Source of the DNA: Myxococcota bacterium
GTDB lineage: Bacteria; Myxococcota_A; UBA9160; SMWR01
Direction of reading: 5' to 3'
Assembly: GCA_036336695.1 (NCBI GenBank)
Contig: JAYZFQ010000128.1
Location: 6,962-70,961 of the forward strand
Length of the DNA stretch: 64,000 bases
The notes beneath the pieces are model-generated. The model did not search any database and was not told where the DNA came from. It saw only the letters and a program-made list of their open reading frames with translations. The position numbers were made by a program, and so were the translations under genes. This document shows, piece after piece, positions 62,673-64,000 of the stretch. Position 1 is the first letter of the stretch; every line of letters begins with the position of its first letter.

Positions 62673-62984
62673 ATGACCCAGTTCAAGCCCGGCAGCCGCA
62701 TTCGCAGCGCCGTCTGCGACACCGAAGTAATGGTGATCGCAGCCCCCGATTCCGACGCTCAGCTCACCTGCGGCGGTGCACCGATGCACGCCCTCGACGC
62801 CGACCCGCCCGCGGGCGCCGCTCTCGACGCCGATGCCGCGGAAGGCACCCAGCTCGGCAAGCGGTACGTCAACGAAGCGGGAGACATCGAGTTGCTGTGC
62901 ACCAAGCCGGGCAAGGGAACCCTCGCAGCCGGGGGAACCGCGCTCACGGTGAAGGGCGCCAAGCCCCTGCCTGCATCGGACTGA
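62673..62984 (+). CDS. hypothetical small protein (103 aa)
   Basis: MTQFKPGSRIRSAVCDTEVMVIA...GKRYVNEAGDIELLCTKPGKGTL. GGAGGA Shine-Dalgarno sequence upstream. It ends 3 nt before the next gene. Confidence 0.55.
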   Translation: MTQFKPGSRIRSAVCDTEVMVIAAPDSDAQLTCGGAPMHALDADPPAGAALDADAAEGTQLGKRYVNEAGDIELLCTKPGKGTLAAGGTALTVKGAKPLPASD

Positions 62985-62987
62985 CCC

Positions 62988-64000
62988 GTGAACCTGATGA
63001 TGCTGCTGGAGATGGCGGCCCAGGGCTTCGGCCCCCGGGTGGCCGTGCAGAACGGCGAAGACCGGCTCACCTACCAGGAGCTCTTCGACGCCGCCGGAGT
63101 CGCGGCCGACGAGATCCGGGCTTCCGGGGCGAAGCACGTAGCGCTCCTCGACGTGAGCAGCCTTGCCGTGCCCGTGGCGTTGTTCGCTTCCGCCTGGGCG
63201 GGCGTCCCCTTCGCGCCGCTCAACTACCGACTCAGCGGCGACGAACTCGACGCCCTGCTCGCCCGGGTCGAGCCGGCGTTCCTCGTGACCGACGGGGAAC
63301 GCGCCGGCACGCTCGCGGGGAAAGCGAGCGTCGTGCGCAGCCGCGAGGACTTCCTCGCCGGCGCGCGCTCCGGTGCGCAAACCGAACCCAGCTGGGGCAT
63401 GGACCCGGACGAAATCTCGATCCTCCTGTTTACGAGCGGCACCACCGGCGCCCCGAAAGCGGCCGTGCTGCGCCACCAGCACCTCGTGTCCTACATCCTG
63501 GGCTCCGTCGAGTTCGGCGCAGCTGAAGCCGAAGATGCGGCGCTCGTGAGCGTGCCGCCCTACCACATTGCGGGGATGGCCTCGGTCCTCTCCTCGCTGT
63601 ATTCGGGCCGACGGATCGTCCAGTTGCCCGCCTTCAGCGCCGAAGAGTGGCTCCGCCTCGCGCGCAGCGAGGCCGTGACCAATGCCTTCGTCGTCCCCAC
63701 CATGCTCTCCCGGGTCGTCGACGCCCTGGAAGAAAGCGCCAGCGCAGACCTCCCGGCCCTGCGCGCGCTCTCCTACGGCGGCGGCAAGATGCCCCTGCCC
63801 GTCATCGAGCGTGCCATGAAACTCTTTCCGGACACGAGTTTCACGAACGCCTACGGACTCACGGAAACCAGCTCGACCGTCACCCTGCTCGGGCCCGACG
63901 ACCACCGGGAAGCCGCGGCCAGCGACGACGAAAAGGTGCGCCAGCGCCTCGTGAGCGTCGGCCGGGCACTGCCGACGGTGGAGATCGAGATTCGCGACGA
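62988..64000 (+). CDS. AMP-dependent synthetase/ligase (3' end off the window)
   Basis: Hand translation from GTG 62988 (the in-frame ATG is at 62997) gives LFTSGTTGAPKAAVL and YGLTETSS. There is no stop before the window end, so it is absent from the ORF track. Confidence 0.85.
   Translation, partial: MNLMMLLEMAAQGFGPRVAVQNGEDRLTYQELFDAAGVAADEIRASGAKHVALLDVSSLAVPVALFASAWAGVPFAPLNYRLSGDELDALLARVEPAFLVTDGERAGTLAGKASVVRSREDFLAGARSGAQTEPSWGMDPDEISILLFTSGTTGAPKAAVLRHQHLVSYILGSVEFGAAEAEDAALVSVPPYHIAGMASVLSSLYSGRRIVQLPAFSAEEWLRLARSEAVTNAFVVPTMLSRVVDALEESASADLPALRALSYGGGKMPLPVIERAMKLFPDTSFTNAYGLTETSSTVTLLGPDDHREAAASDDEKVRQRLVSVGRALPTVEIEIRD

Overview
GC-rich, very tightly packed bacterial chromosomal segment with about 60 protein-coding genes. 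Many adjacent genes overlap by 1-8 nt at stop/start. By eye I found no rRNA, tRNA, CRISPR array, transposase, integrase or prophage genes. The content looks like the core genome of a diderm (Gram-negative-type) bacterium.

Main gene content:
- DNA repair and translation: AddAB helicase-nuclease, asnS, a SMUG1-type uracil-DNA glycosylase.
- Iron storage: bfd-bfr followed by a TerB-like gene.
- Methyl cycle: ahcY and metH.
- Envelope: a complete mlaFED-mlaA-mlaC lipid-asymmetry operon, an MMPL/HpnN-like exporter, Prc protease, PhoA.
- Metabolism: many SDR, amidohydrolase, acyl-CoA and CoA-transferase genes.

Most long ORFs in the six-frame track that lie antisense or out of frame to these genes are high-GC artefacts.

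I did not find a convincing new multi-gene system such as a defence island. The items most worth a second look are:
1. A family III CoA-transferase whose domain order looks circularly permuted.
2. A bacterioferritin that keeps the heme Met but lacks both ferroxidase-centre histidines. It is translationally coupled to a TerB-like gene and shares a 20-bp AT-rich motif with the bfd promoter region.
3. A membrane GAF sensor whose kinase-like domain has lost every catalytic signature.
4. A 71-bp tandem duplication spanning the stop codon of an acyl-CoA synthetase gene.
5. A minus-strand SRPBCC, acyl-CoA ligase, sugar kinase, nucleotidyltransferase and secreted repeat-protein gene string that may make or modify a lipid or glycolipid.

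All functional calls come from motif recognition by eye and need database confirmation.
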